From contig JASTWF010000335.1 of the NCBI GenBank assembly GCA_030390025.1, positions 372,001 to 436,000 of the forward strand: a DNA stretch of 64,000 bases, in the 5' to 3' direction. The notes beneath the pieces are model-generated. The model searched no databases. It was not told the origin of the DNA and worked only from the letters and a program-made list of their open reading frames with translations. The DNA is from Squalus acanthias (lineage: Eukaryota). The position numbers and the translations under genes are program-made. Below, in pieces: positions 34,290 through 47,291 of this stretch; position 1 is the stretch's first letter, and each line of letters opens with the position of its first letter.

Positions 34290-37200
34290 CTCAGGTGTTG
34301 TATATCACTCTCTCAGGTGTATATCGCTCTCTCAGATGTTGTATATCGCTCTCTCAGATGTTGTATATCACTCTCTCAGATGTTGTATATCGCTCTCTCA
34401 GATGTTGTATATCGCTCTCTCAGATGGTGTATATCACTCTCTCAGATGGTGTATATCACTCTCTCAGGTGTATATCACTCTCTCAGATGTTGTATATCGC
34501 TCTCTCAGATGTTATATATCGCTCTCTCAGATGTTGTATATCGCTCTCTCAGATGTTGTATATCACTCTCTCAGATGTTGTATATCGCTCTCTCAGATGT
34601 TGTATATCACTCTCTCAGATGTTGTATATCACTCTCAGATGTTGTATATCGCTCTCTCAGATGTTGTATATCACTCTCTCAGATGTTGTATATCACACTC
34701 TCAGATGTTGTATATCACTCTCTCAGATGTTGTATATCGCTCTCTCAGATGGTGTATATCACTCTCTCAGATGTTGTATATCACTCTCTCAGATGTTGTA
34801 TATCGCTCTCTCAGATGGTGTATATCACTCTCTCAGATGTATATCACTCTCTCAGATGTTGTATATCGCTCTCTCAGATGCTGTATATCACACTCTCAGA
34901 TGTTGTATATCACTCTCTCAGATGGTGTATATCACTCTCTCAGATGTTGTATATCACTCTCTCAGATGTTGTATATCGCTCTCTCAGATGTTGTATATCA
35001 CTCTCTCAGATGTTGTATATCACTCTCTCAGATGTTGTATATCACTCTCTCAGATGTTGTATATCACTCGCTCAGATGTTGTATATCACTCTCTCAGATG
35101 TTGTATATCACTCGCTCAGATGTTGTATATCACTCTCTCAGATGTTGTATATCACTCTCTCAGATGTTGTATATCGCTCTCTCAGGTGTATATCGCTCTC
35201 TCAGATGTTGTATATCACACTCTCAGATGTTGTATATCACTCTCTCAGATGTTGTATATCGCTCTCTCAGATGTTGTATATCACTCTCTCAGATGTTGTA
35301 TATCACTCTCTCAGATGTTGTATATCACTCTCTCAGATGTTGTATATCGCTCTCTCAGGTGTATATCACTCTCTCAGATGTTGTATATCACACTCTCAGT
35401 TGTATATCACTCTCTCAGATGTTGTATATCGCTCTCTCAGATGTTGTATATCGCTCTCTCAGATGGTGTATATCACTCTCTCAGATGGTGTATATCACTC
35501 TCTCAGGTGTATATCACTCTCTCAGATGTTGTATATCACTCTCTCAGGTGAATATCACTCTCTCAGATGTTGTATATCACTCGCTCAGATGTTGTATATC
35601 GCTCTCTCAGATGTTGTATATCGCTCTCTCAGATGTTGTATATCACTCTCTCAGATGTTGTATATCGCTCTCTCAGATGTTGTATATCACACTCTCAGAT
35701 GTTGTATATCACTCTCTCAGATGTTGTATATCGCTCTCTCAGATGGTGTATATCACTCTCTCAGATGTTGTATATCACTCTCTCAGATGTTGTATATCGC
35801 TCTCTCAGATGGTGTATATCACTCTCTCAGATGTATATCACTCTCTCAGATGTTGTATATCGCTCTCTCAGATGTTGTATATCACACTCTCAGATGTTGT
35901 ATATCACTCTCTCAGACGGTGTATATCACTCTCTCAGATGTTGTATATCGCTCTCTCAGATGTTGTATATCACTCTCTCAGATGTTGTATATCACTCTCT
36001 CAGATGTTGTATATCACTCTCTCAGATGGTGTATATCACTCGCTCAGATGTTGTATATCACTCTCTCAGATGTTGTATATCACTCGCTCAGATGTTGTAT
36101 ATCACTCTCTCAGATGTTGTATATCGCTCTCTCAGATGTTGTATATCACACTCTCAGATGTTGTATATCACTCTCTCAGATGTTGTATATCGCTCTCTCA
36201 GATGTTGTATATCACTCTCTCAGATGTTGTATATCACTCTCTCAGATGTTGTATATCACACTCTCAGGTGTATATCACTCTCTCAGATGTTGTATATCGC
36301 TCTCTCAGATGTATATCACTCTCTCAGATGTTGTATATCACTCTCTCAGATGTTGTATATCACACTCTCAGATGTATATCACTCTCTCAGATGTTGTATA
36401 TCGCTCTCTCAGGTGTATATCACTCTCTCAGATGTTGTATATCACACTCTCAGATGTATATCACTCTCTCAGATGTTGTATATCGCTCTCTCAGGTGTAT
36501 ATCACTCTCTCAGATGTTGTATATCACACTCTCAGATGTATATCACTCTCTCAGATGTTGTATATCGCTCTCTCAGGTGTATGTCACACTCTCAGATGTA
36601 TATCACTCTCACAGGTGTATATCACTCTCAGATGTTGTATATCACTCTCTCAGGTGTTGTATATCACTCTCACAGGTGTATATCACTCTCAGATGTTGTA
36701 TATCACTCTCTCAGGTGTATATCACTCTCTCAGGTGTATATCACTCTCACAGGTGTATATCACTCTCACAGGTGTATATCACTCTCAGATGTTGTATATC
36801 ACTCTCTCAGATGGTGTATATCACTCTCTCAGATGGTGTATATCACTCTCTCAGATGTATATCACTCTCTCAGATGTTGTATATCACTCTCTCAGATGTT
36901 GTATATTACTCTCTCAGATGTTGTATATCACTCTCTCAGATGTTGTATATCACTCTCTCAGGTGTATATCACTCTCTCAGATGGTGTATATCACTCTCTC
37001 AGCTGTATATCACTCTCTCAGATGTTGTATATCACTCTCTCAGATGGTGTATATCACTCTCTCAGATGTTGTATATCACTCTCTCAGATGGTGTATATCA
37101 CTCTCTCAGATGGTGTATATCACTCTCTCAGATGTTGTATATCACTCTCTCAGATGGTGTATATCACTCTCTCAGATGGTGTATATCACTCTCTCAGATG

Positions 37201-37440
37201 TTGTATATCACTCTCTCAGATGTTGTATATCACTCGCTCAGATGGTGTATATCACTCTCTCAGATGTTGTATATCACTCTCTCAGATGGTGTATATCACT
37301 CTCTCAGATGGTGTATATCACTCTCTCAGATGTTGTATATCACTCTCTCAGATGGTGTATATCACTCTCTCAGATGGTGTATATCACTCTCTCAGATGTT
37401 GTATATCACTCTCTCAGATGCTGTATATCACTCGCTCGTG
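34290..37440. repeat. 22-bp minisatellite CTCTCTCAGATGTTGTATATCA
   Basis: About 140 tandem copies with 19/20-bp deletion variants. Confidence 0.97.
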
Positions 37441-38664
37441 TACTTTCCTCTCTCAGGTATTTCCTCAAGTCTCTTTCAGAAGTACTTTCCTCTCTCAGGC
37501 TTCTCCACCTCTGTCTCTCTCGGGTGCTGTATCGTTGTGCTCTTAGGTATTGGTAGTTATTCTTCTCAGTTGTGTACTCTTCTTTCTGAGGTGTTCCCTC
37601 CGCTCTCCAGTGTTATACTCTGCTCACTCAGGTGCGCTATGCTCCTCTCTCACAGGTATGCTCTCCTTTCAGGTGTCGTATGCTCCTCTGTCAGGTGTTG
37701 TGTGCGTCTCTCAGGGTGTGTATAGTCCTCTCTCTGGTGTTGTAAGCTCCTCTCTGAGGTACTATATCTGCTCTGAAATACTGAGTCCTTTCTCAGGGGT
37801 AAGTACCTCTCTCAGTGTATGCTTCTTTCAGGTGAAGGCTCCTCTCTCAAAAATAAGCGCCTCTCACCGGTGCTGTATCCTCTCTCAGCTGCAATCTCTC
37901 TCTCAGGTACAATCTCTTCTCTCAGGTGCTGTACCCTCTCTTAGTTACTGTATTTGCTCGCTCAGCTGTACCCTCTCTCTCAGGTACTGTATCGTCTCTC
38001 AGGTGCTGTGTCCCCTCTGTCTCGGGTGTTTGTCCCTCTACCTCGCTCTCATGTTGTAATCCTCTCTCTCAGGTATTGTTCCCCTCTCTCGGGTGCTGCA
38101 ATCTCCAGTATTTGTACCCCTTTCCCTTTCAAGTCAGGCAATCTTCTATCTCAAGTATTTTCTCCTCTTTCAGATGCCGTGTCCTCTTTCTCAGATGTAA
38201 GTTCCGCTAATAAATGCTGTCTGCTCTGTCTCTCACGTGTTGTAGTCCTCTCTTGGTTGTTTACTCCACTCTCAGGTTATATATCCTCTTCCCTCAGGTG
38301 CCCTATCAGGTGGAAACCTCTGTCTCAATGCTCTATCCTCTCTCAGTTGTTTGCTCTGTCTCCTGTATTTGTCCCAGTCTCTTTCAGGTCTTTATTGTCT
38401 GTTTCCCATGCAGGTGTTTTCACCTCTCTCATGGATGTGTGTCCCTCTCTCTCTCTCAGGTGCTGTATCCTTTCTTAGGCATAAGCTCTTATCTGGGGTG
38501 TTTGCTCCACTCCCAGGTATATGTCCCTCTCAGGTTCGATATCCTCTCTCAGGTATACGCTCCTTTCTTTGTTGTGCGCTCCGCTCCCTCAGGTATAAGC
38601 TCCTCCTTCAGGTGTAAACTCCTCTCTCAGAAGTAACCTTCTCTCAAGTGTATTCTCCCTCTCA

Positions 38665-40200
38665 CAGGTGTTGGCACCTCTGTGTCTCTCGGGTGTTGGC
38701 ACCTTTGTGTCTCTCAGGTGTTGGCACCTCTGTGTCTCTCAGGTATTGGCACCTCTGTGTCTCTCAGGTGTTAGCACCTCTGTGTCTCTCAGGTATTGGC
38801 ACCTTTGTGTCTCTCAGGTGTTGGCACCTCTGTGTCTCTCAGGTGTTGGCACCTCTGTGTCTCTCAGGTGTTGGCACCTCTCTGTCTCTCGGGTGTTGGC
38901 ACCTCTCTGTCTCTCAGGTGTTGGCACCTCTCTGTCTCTCAGGTGTTGGCACCTCTCTGTCTCTTCTCTGTGTCTCAAGTGTTGGCACCTCTGCCTTTCA
39001 GGTGTTGGCACCTCTGTCTCTCGGGTGTTGGTACCTCTCCGTCTCCCAGGTGTTGGCACCTCTGTCTCTCGGGTGTTGGTACCTCTCCGTCTCCCAGGTG
39101 TTGGCACCTCTCTGTCTGTCAGGTGTTGGCACCTCTGTCTCTCAGGTGTTGGCGCCTCTGTCTCTCAGGAGTTGGCACCTCTCTGTCTCCCAGGTGTTGG
39201 CACCTCTGTCTCTCGGGTGTTGGTACCTCTCCGTCTCCCAGGTGTTGGCACCTCTGTCTCCCAGGTGTTGGCACCTCTGTCTCTCGGGTGTTGGTACCTC
39301 TCCGTCTCCCAGGTGTTGGCACCTCTGTCTCTCAGGTGTTGGCACCTCTCCGTCTCCCAGGTGTTGGCACCTCTGTCTCTCAGGGTGTTGGTACCTCTCC
39401 GTCTCCCAGGTGTTGGCGCCTGTCTCTCCGGTGTTGGCACCTCTGTCTCTTGGGTGCTGGTACCTCTCCGTCTCCCAGGTGTTGGCGCCTCTGTCTCCCA
39501 GGCGTTGGAGCCTCTGACTCTCAGGTGTTGACACCTCTCCGTCTTTCAGGTGTTGGCACCTCTCTGTCTCTCGGGTATTGGTACCTCTCTGTCTCTCGGG
39601 TGTTGGTACCTCTGTCTCTCGGGTGTTGGTACCTCTGTCTCTTGGGTATTGGTACCTCTGTCTCTCTCAGGTGTGGGATCTTTTTGTCTTGTCTGTCTGT
39701 CTCTCTCTGGTGTTGTCTCGTTTGTCGCTGTATCAGGTATTGGCACCTGTCTGTTTCTCAGGTGCCAACGCCAGTCTCTCTCTCAGGTATTGGCACCTCC
39801 GTGTCTCTCAGGTGTTGGCACCTCTGTCTCTCTCTCAGGTGTGGGCTCCTCTGTGTCTCTCAGGTGTTGGCACCTCTTGCTCAGATGTTGGTACCTCTCT
39901 CTCTCTCTCTCCCTGGTGTTGGCACCTCTGTGTTGCTCTCAGGTGTTGGCAGCTCTGTGTCTCTCTCAGGTGCTTGCAGCTGTCACTCAGGTGTTGTCTC
40001 CTCTGTGCGCCTCTCTCAGGTGTTGGCACCTGTCTGTCTCTCAGGTGATGGCACCTGTTTGTATCTCAGGTGCTGTCTCCTCTGCGTGTCTCTCTCAGGT
40101 GTTGGCGCCTGTCTGTCTCTCAGGTGATAGCACCTGTTTGTGTCTCAGGTGTTGTCTCCTCTCTCTCTCTGTGTCTCAGGTGTTGGCACCTGTTTGTCCC
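38665..40200. repeat. ~23-25-bp minisatellite CTCTCAGGTGTTGGCACCTCTGT
   Basis: Tandem copies, each containing the inverted repeat AGGTG-TTGG-CACCT. Confidence 0.92.
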
Positions 40201-43200
40201 AGGTGTTGTCTCTCCTCTCTCTCAGGTGTTGTCCCCTCTCTCTCTGTCTCAGGTTGTCTCAGGTGTTGTCTCCTCTCTCTCAGGCAATGTCTCAGGTGTT
40301 GTCCCCTCTGTCTCACGTTGTCTGCTCTCTCTCTCTCTGTCTCAGGTTGTCGCTCCCTGTCTCAGGTTGTCTCCTCTCTTATTCTCTCTCTGTCTCAGGT
40401 TATCTCTATGGTTGTCTCCTCTCTCTCTCTCTGTGTCTCAGGTTGTCTCTCCCTGTCTCAGGTTGTCTCCTCTCTTTCTCTCTCTCTGTCTCAGGTTATC
40501 TCTATGGTTGTCTACTCTCTTTCTCTCTCTATCTCTCTCTCAGATGTTGTCTCAGGTTGTCTCCTCTCTTTCTATCTCCCTCTTTCAGGTTGTCTCTATG
40601 GTTGTCTCTTCTCTTTCTCTCTGTCTCAGGTTGTCGCTCAGGTTGTCTCCTCTTTCTCTCACTCTCTGACCCAGGTTGTCTCCTCTCTGTCTCTGGTAGT
40701 CTCCTCTCTCTCTCTCTGTCTCTCAGGCAGTCTCAGGTTGTCTCCTCTCTGTGTTTCAAGAGTTGTCTCAGGTTGTCTCCTCTCTCTGTCTTAGGTTGTC
40801 TCCTCTCTTTCTCTTTCACTCTGTCGCAGGTTGTCTCCTTTCTTTGTCTCAGGTTGTCTCCTCCCTCTGTCTCAGGTTGTCTCCTCTCTTTGTCTCAGGT
40901 TGTCTCCACTCTTTCTCTCTCTCTGTCCCAGGTTGTCTCAAGTTGTTTCCTCTTTCTGTCTCAGGTTGTCTTGTCTCTTTCCCTCGCTCTCTGTCTCAGG
41001 TTGTCTCTCAGGTTGTCTCCTCTCCCTCCGTTTCAGGTTGTCTCAGCTGGTCTCCTCTCTCAGCTTGTCTCCTCTCTCAGCTTGTCTCCTCTCTCGGGTT
41101 GTCTCAGGTTGTCTCCTCTCTCAGGTTGTCTCCTCTCTCGGGTTGTCTCAGGTTGTCTCCTCTCTTAGGTTGTCTCAGGTTGTCTCCTCTCTCGGGTTGT
41201 CTCAGGTTGTCTCCTCTCTCAGGTTGTCTCCTCTCTCGGGTTGTCTCGGGTTGTCTCCTCTCTCTCAGGTTGTCTCGGGTTGTCTCAGGATGTCTCAGGT
41301 TGTCTCCTCTCTCTCAGGTTGTCTCGGGTTGTTTCCTCTCTCTCAGGTTGTCTCGGGTTGTCTCAGGTTGTCTCGGGTTGTCTCAGGTTGTCTCCTCTCT
41401 CTCGGGTTGTCTCAGGTTGTCTCGGGTTGTCTCAGGTTGTCTCGGGTTGTCTCAGGTTGTCTCCTCTCTCTCAGGTTGTCTCGGGTTGTCTCAGGTTGTC
41501 TCCTCTCTCAGGTTGTCTCGGGTTGTTTCAGGTTGTCTCCTCTCTCTCAGGTTGTCTCGGGTTGTCTACTCTCTCTCAGGTTGTCTCAGGATGTCTCCTC
41601 TCTCTCAGGTTGTCTACTCTCTCTCAGGTTGTCTCAGGATGTCTCCTCTCTCTCAGGTTGTCTCGGGTTGTCTCGGGTTCTCTCAGGATGTCTTGGGTTC
41701 TCTCAGGTTGTCTCTCAGGATGTCTCAGGTTGTCTCTCAGGATGTCTCAGGTTGTCTCTCAGGATGTCTCCACTCTCTCAGGTTGTCTCGGGTTGTCTCA
41801 GGTTGTCTACTCTCTCTCAGGTTGTCTCCTCTCTCTCAGGTTCTATCAGGTTCTCTCCTCTCTCAGGATGTCTCAGGTTGTCTCGGGTTCTCTCAGGTTG
41901 TCTCTCAGGATGTCTCAGGTTGTCTCTCAGGATGTCTCAGGTTGTCTCCTCTCTCTCAGGTTCTCTCCTCTCTCAGGATGTCTCAGTTTGTCTCAGGATG
42001 TCTCCTCTCTCAGGATGTCTCAGGATGTCTCAGCTTGTCTCAGGTTGTCTCCTCTCTCAGGTTGTCTCAGGATGTCTCAGGTTGTCTCCTCTCTCAGGTT
42101 GTCTCAGGATGTCTCAGGTTGTCTCAGGTTGTCTCCTCTCTCAGGTTGTCTCAGGTTGTCTCCTCTCTCAGGTTGTCTCAGGTTGTCTCCTCTCTCAGGT
42201 TGTCTCCTCTCTCAGGTTGTCTCAGGTTGTCTCCTCTCTCAGCTTGTCTCAGGTTGTCTCCTCTCTCAGCTTGTCTCAGGTTGTCTCCTCTCTCAGGTTG
42301 TCTCCTCTCTCAGCTTGTCTCAGCTTGTCTCCTCTCTCAGGTTGTCTCCTCTCTCAGCTTGTCTCAGGTTGTCTCCTCTCTCAGCTTGTCTCAGGTTGTC
42401 TCCTCTCTCAGGTTGTCTCCTCTCTCAGCTTGTCTCAGCTTGTCTCCTCTCTCAGGTTGTCTCCTCTCTCAGCTTGTCTCAGGTTGTCTCCTCTCTCAGG
42501 TTGTCTCCTCTCTCAGGTTGTCTCCTCTCTCGGGTTGTCTCAGGTTGTCTCCTCTCTCGGGTTGTCTCAGGTTGTCTCCTCTCTCTCAGGTTGTCTCCTC
42601 TCAGCTTGTCTCAGGTTGTCTCCTCTCTCAGCTTGTCTCAGGTTGTCTCCTCTCTCAGGTTGTCTCCTCTCTCGGGTTGTCTCAGGTTGTCTCCTCTCTC
42701 AGGTTGTCTCCTCTCTCAGGTTGTCTCCTCTCTCGGGTTGTCTCGGGTTGTCTCCTCTCTCTCAGGTTGTCTCGGGTTGTCTCAAGTTGTCTCGGGTTGT
42801 CTCAGGTTGTCTCCTCTCTCTCAGGTTGTCTCGGGTTGTCTCAGGTTGTCTCTCAGGATGTCTCAGGTTGTCTCAGGATGTCTCCTCTCTCAGGATGTCT
42901 CAGGTTGTCTCAGATGTCTCAGGTTCTCTCAGGTTATCTCCTCTCTCAGGTTGTCTCCTCTCTCAGCTTGTCTCCTCTCTCAGGTTGTCTCCTCTCTCAG
43001 CTTGTCTCCTCTCTCAGCTTGTCTCCTCTCTCAGGTTGTCTCCTCTCTCAGCTTGTCTCCTCTCTCAGCTTGTCTCAGCTTGTCTCCTCTCTCGGGTTGT
43101 CTCCTCCCTCGGGTTCTCTCAGGTTGTCTCCTCTCTCAGCTTGTCTCCTCCCTCGGGTTCTCTCAGGTTGTCTCCTCTCTCAGGTTGTCTCCTCTCTCAG

Positions 43201-46200
43201 CTTGTCTCCTCTCTCAGGTTGTCTCCTCTCTCAGCTTGTCTCCTCCCTCGGGTTCTCTCAGGTTGTCTCCTCTCTCAGCTTGTCTCCTCTCTCAGGTTGT
43301 CTCCTCTCTCAGCTTGTCTCCTCTCTCGGGTTGTCTCAGGTTGTCTCCTCTCTTAGGTTGTCTCAGGTTGTCTCCTCTCTCAGGTTGTCTCGGGTTGTCT
43401 CCTCTTTCTCAGGTTGTCTCGGGTTGTCTCAGGTTGTCTCCTCTCTCTCAGGTTGTCTCGGGTTGTCTCAGGTTGTCTCCTCTCTCTCAGGTTGTCTCGG
43501 GTTGTCTCAGGTTGTCTCCTCTCTCTCAGGTTGTCTCGGGTTGTCTCAGGTTGTCTCGGGTTGTCTCCTCTCTCTCAGGTTGTCTCGGGTTGTCTCAGGT
43601 TGTCTCCTCTCTCTCAGGTTCTCTCAGGTTCTCTCCTCTCTCAGGATGTCTCAGGTTGTCTCAGGATGTCTCAGGTTTTCTCAGGTTGTCTCTCAGGATG
43701 TCTCAGGTTGTCTCTCAGGATGTCTCAGGTTGTCTCTCAGGATGTCTCCTCTCTCTCAGGTTCTCTCCTCTCTCAGGTTGTCTCCTCTCTCTCAGGTTCT
43801 CTCCTCTCTCAGGATGTCTCAGGTTGTCTCAGGATGTCTCAGGATGTCTCAGGTTGTCTCAGGATGTCTCAGGTTCTCTCAGGTTGTCTCCTCTCTCAGG
43901 TTGTCTCAGGATGTCTCGGGTTGTCTCAGGTTGTCTCCTCTCTCAGGTTGTCTCGGGTTGTCTCCTCTCTCTCAGGTTGTCTTGGGTTGTCTCGGGATGT
44001 CTCGGGTTGTCTCCTCTCTCTCAGGTTGTCTTGGGTTGTCTCGGGTTGTCTCAGGATGTCTCGGGTTGTCTCAGGATGTCTCGGGTTGTCTTCTCTCTCA
44101 GGATGTCTCGGGTTGTCTCGGGATGTCTCAGGATGTCTCGGGTTGTCTCAGGATGTCTCGGGTTGTCTCCTCTCTCTCAGGTTGTCTCCTCTCTCTCAGG
44201 ATCTCAGGTTGTCTCCTCTCTCTCAGGATGTCTCAGGTTGTCTCCTCTCTCTCGGGTTGTCTCAGGTTGTCTCCTCTCTCTCGGGATGTCTCAGGTTCTC
44301 TCCTCTCTCTCAGGATGTCTCAGGTTCTCTCCTCTCTCTCAGGTTCTCTCCTCTCTCAGGATGTCTCCTCTCTCAGGATGTCTCAGGTTGTCTCCTCTCT
44401 CTCAGGTTGTCTCTCGGGTTGTCTCCTCTCTCTCAGGTTGTCTCGGGTTGTCTCAGGTAGTTTCCTCTCTCTCAGGTTGTCTCCTCTCTCTCAGGTTGTC
44501 TCGGGTTGTCTCAGGTAGTTTCCTCTCTCTCAGGTTGTCTCAGGATGTCTCAGGTTGTCTCCTCTCTCTCAGGTTGTCTCTCGGGTTGTCTCCTCTCTCT
44601 CAGGTTGTCTCGGGTTGTCTCAGGTAGTTTCCTCTCTCTCAGGTTGTCTCCTCTCTCTCAGGTTGTCTCGGGTTGTCTCAGGTAGTTTCCTCTCTCTCAG
44701 GTTGTCTCAGGATGTCTCAGGTTGTCTCGGTGTCAGGTTGTCTCCTCTCTCTCAGGTTGTCTCAGGATGTCTCAGGTTGTCTCCTCTCTCAGGTTGTCTC
44801 GGGTTGTCTCAGGTTGTCTCGGGTTGTCTCCTCTCTCTCAGGTTGTCTCGGGTTATCTCGGGTTATCTCAGGTTGTCTCGGGTTGTCTCCTCTCTCTCAG
44901 GTTGTCTCGGGTTGTCTCAGGTTGTCTCCTCTCTCTCAGGTTGTCTCAGGATGTCTCAGGTTGTCTCCTCTCTCAGGTTGTCTCGGGTTGTCTCAGGTTG
45001 TCTCGGGTTGTCTCCTCTCTCTCAGGTTGTCTCGGGTTATCTCGGGTTATCTCAGGTTGTCTCGGGTTGTCTCCTCTCTCTCAGGTTGTCTCGGGTTATC
45101 TCGGGTTATCTCAGGTTGTCTCCTCTCTCTCGGGATGTCTCAGGTTGTCTCCTCTCCTCTCTCGGGATGTCTCAGGTTATTCCCTCTCTCTCCTCTCTCG
45201 GGATGTCTCAGGTTATTGTCTCTCGGGATGTCTCAGGTTATTGTCTCTCGGGATGTCTCAGGTTATTGTCTCTCGGGATGTCTCAGGTTATTGTCTCTCG
45301 GGATGTCTCAGGTTGTCCCCTCTCTCTCCTCTCTCGGGATGTCTCAGGTTGTCTCCTCTCTCGGGATGTCTCGGGATGTCTCAGGTTGTCTCCTCTCTCG
45401 GGATGTCTCTGGTTGTCTCAGCTTGTCTCAGGTTGTCTCCTCTCTCTCCTCTCTCGGGATGTCTCAGGTTACTCTCTCTCCTCTCTTGGGATGTCTCAGG
45501 TTGTCTCCTCTCTCTCCTCTCTCGGGATGTCTCAGCTTGTCTCAGGTTGTCCCCTCTCTCTCCTCTCTCGGGATGTCTCAGCTTGTCTCAGGTTGTCCCC
45601 TCTCTCTCCTCTCTCGGGATGTCTCGGGATGTCTCAGGTTGTCCCCTCTCTCTCCTCTCTCGGGATGTCTCAGCTTGTCTCAGGTTGTCCCCTCTCTCTC
45701 CTCTCTCGGGATGTCTCAGCTTGTCTCAGGTTGTCCCCTCTCTCTCCTCTCTCGGGATGTCTCAGGTTGTCTCAGGTTGTCTCCTCTCTCGGGATGTCTC
45801 GGGATGTCTCGGGATGTCTCAGGTTGTCTCCTCTCTCTCCTCTCTCGGGATGTCTCAGGTTGTCCCCTCTCTCTCCTCTCTCGGGATGTCTCAGGTTGTC
45901 CCCTCTCTCTCCTCTCTCGGGATGTCTCAGGTTGTCCCCTCTCTCTCCTCTCTCGGGATGTCTCTGGTTGTCTCAGCTTGTCTCAGGTTGTCTCCTCTCT
46001 CGGGATGTCTCAGGTTGTCCCCTCTCTCTCCTCTCTCGGGATGTCTCAGGTTGTCCCCTCTCTCTCCTCTCTCGGGATGTCTCTGGTTGTCTCAGCTTGT
46101 CTCAGGTTGTCTCCTCTCTCGGGATGTCTCAGGTTGTCCCCTCTCTCTCCTCTCTCGGGATGTCTCAGGTTGTCCCCTCTCTCTCCTCTCTCGGGATGTC

Positions 46201-46250
46201 TCTGGTTGTCTCAGCTTGTCTCAGGTTGTCTCCTCTCTCTCCTCTTCTCT
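40200..46250. repeat. Compound satellite of TCTCAGGTTG (10-bp) and TCTCCTCTCTCAGGTTG variants
   Basis: About 6 kb of variant units (CAGG/CGGG/CAGC, TTG/ATG). Confidence 0.95.
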
Positions 46251-46263
46251 CTCCGGGTCTCAC

Positions 46264-46620
46264 CTGGTCTCGAGACTCCCTTTCAAACCGTCAACACTTT
46301 CTTCAAATCGCGCCGCGTGCTGGCGCCTAAGACGCGCTGACGTCACGCCGCCACGGGCACGGTGGTCTGGCCTGGCCTTGGGTTCGGCAAGGTTGCGTGC
46401 GCAGGGTGGATTTGAACCGGCCCTTCGCGCTCACTCGCTGTTGGAAACCTGTCAATCACCCGTTGCGCGCGCAGGGTTGATTGGACCCCGCCCCTTTCAG
46501 GCTCTCCCACTCTCTTGGAAATTGTCAATCAATCGCTTTACGTCAGAAACGTAGTGACGTACAATCCTCGCCACGCCCCATTTGCCCCAGGGGCGCCCGG
46601 GGAAATTTGATTGGTGTCAG
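46264..46620 (-). promoter_or_regulatory. CpG-rich promoter plus probable non-coding first exon (donor CAG|GTGAGA after 46264)
   Basis: Unique CpG-dense island. Motifs: CRE TGACGTCA 46338-46345; minus-strand CCAAT at 46480-46484 and 46610-46614; GC box 46486-46494; NRF1-like TGCGYGCGCA at 46394-46403 and 46464-46473; TTTGAA at 46282, 46302 (minus) and 46411 (plus). Confidence 0.7.
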
Positions 46621-47291
46621 TCGTTGGGAAGGAGGTAGCCATTTAGATTTATTTTAACCTTGATGAATAGTTAAAGGGGTAGGAGGGACAGTCAATGAGC
46701 AGGATTTTTTTTTGTTCCAACCGCTCTTGGCCTGCCTGCATCAATGCTCATTTGTGATCTATCCTTGGCCCACCTCCTATTTTGAATCATAGAATGGTTA
46801 CAGCACAGAAGGAGGCCATTTGGCCTGTCCAGCCCGTGCCGGCTCTCTGCAAGACCACTTCAGCTAGTCCCACTCCCCCGTCCTTTCCCCGTAGCCCTGC
46901 AAATTTTTTTCCTGCAGGTACTTATCCATTTCCTTTTTGAACGCCACGATTGAATCTGCCTCCACCACCCTCTCAGGCAGTGCATTCCAGATCCTAACCA
47001 CTGGCTGCGTAAAAAAGTTTTATCTTACGTCGCCTTTGGTTCTTTTGCCAATCACCTTAAATCTGTGTCCTCCGATCCTCGACCCTTCCGCCAATGGGAA
47101 CAGTTTCTCTTTATCTACTCTGTCCAGACCCCTCATGATTTTGAACACCTCTATCAAATCTCCTCTCAACCTTCTCTGCTCCAAGGAGAACAACCCCAGC
47201 TTCTCCAGTCTCTCCACGTAACTGAAGTCCCTCATCCCTGGAATCATTCTCGTAAATCTTTTCTGCACCCTCTCTAAAGGCTTTCACATCC

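Noticed and set aside
34133..46554. Very long ORFs (up to 1255 aa) in several plus-strand frames
   Set aside because: They are translations of stop-poor tandem repeats, open in all frames, not genes
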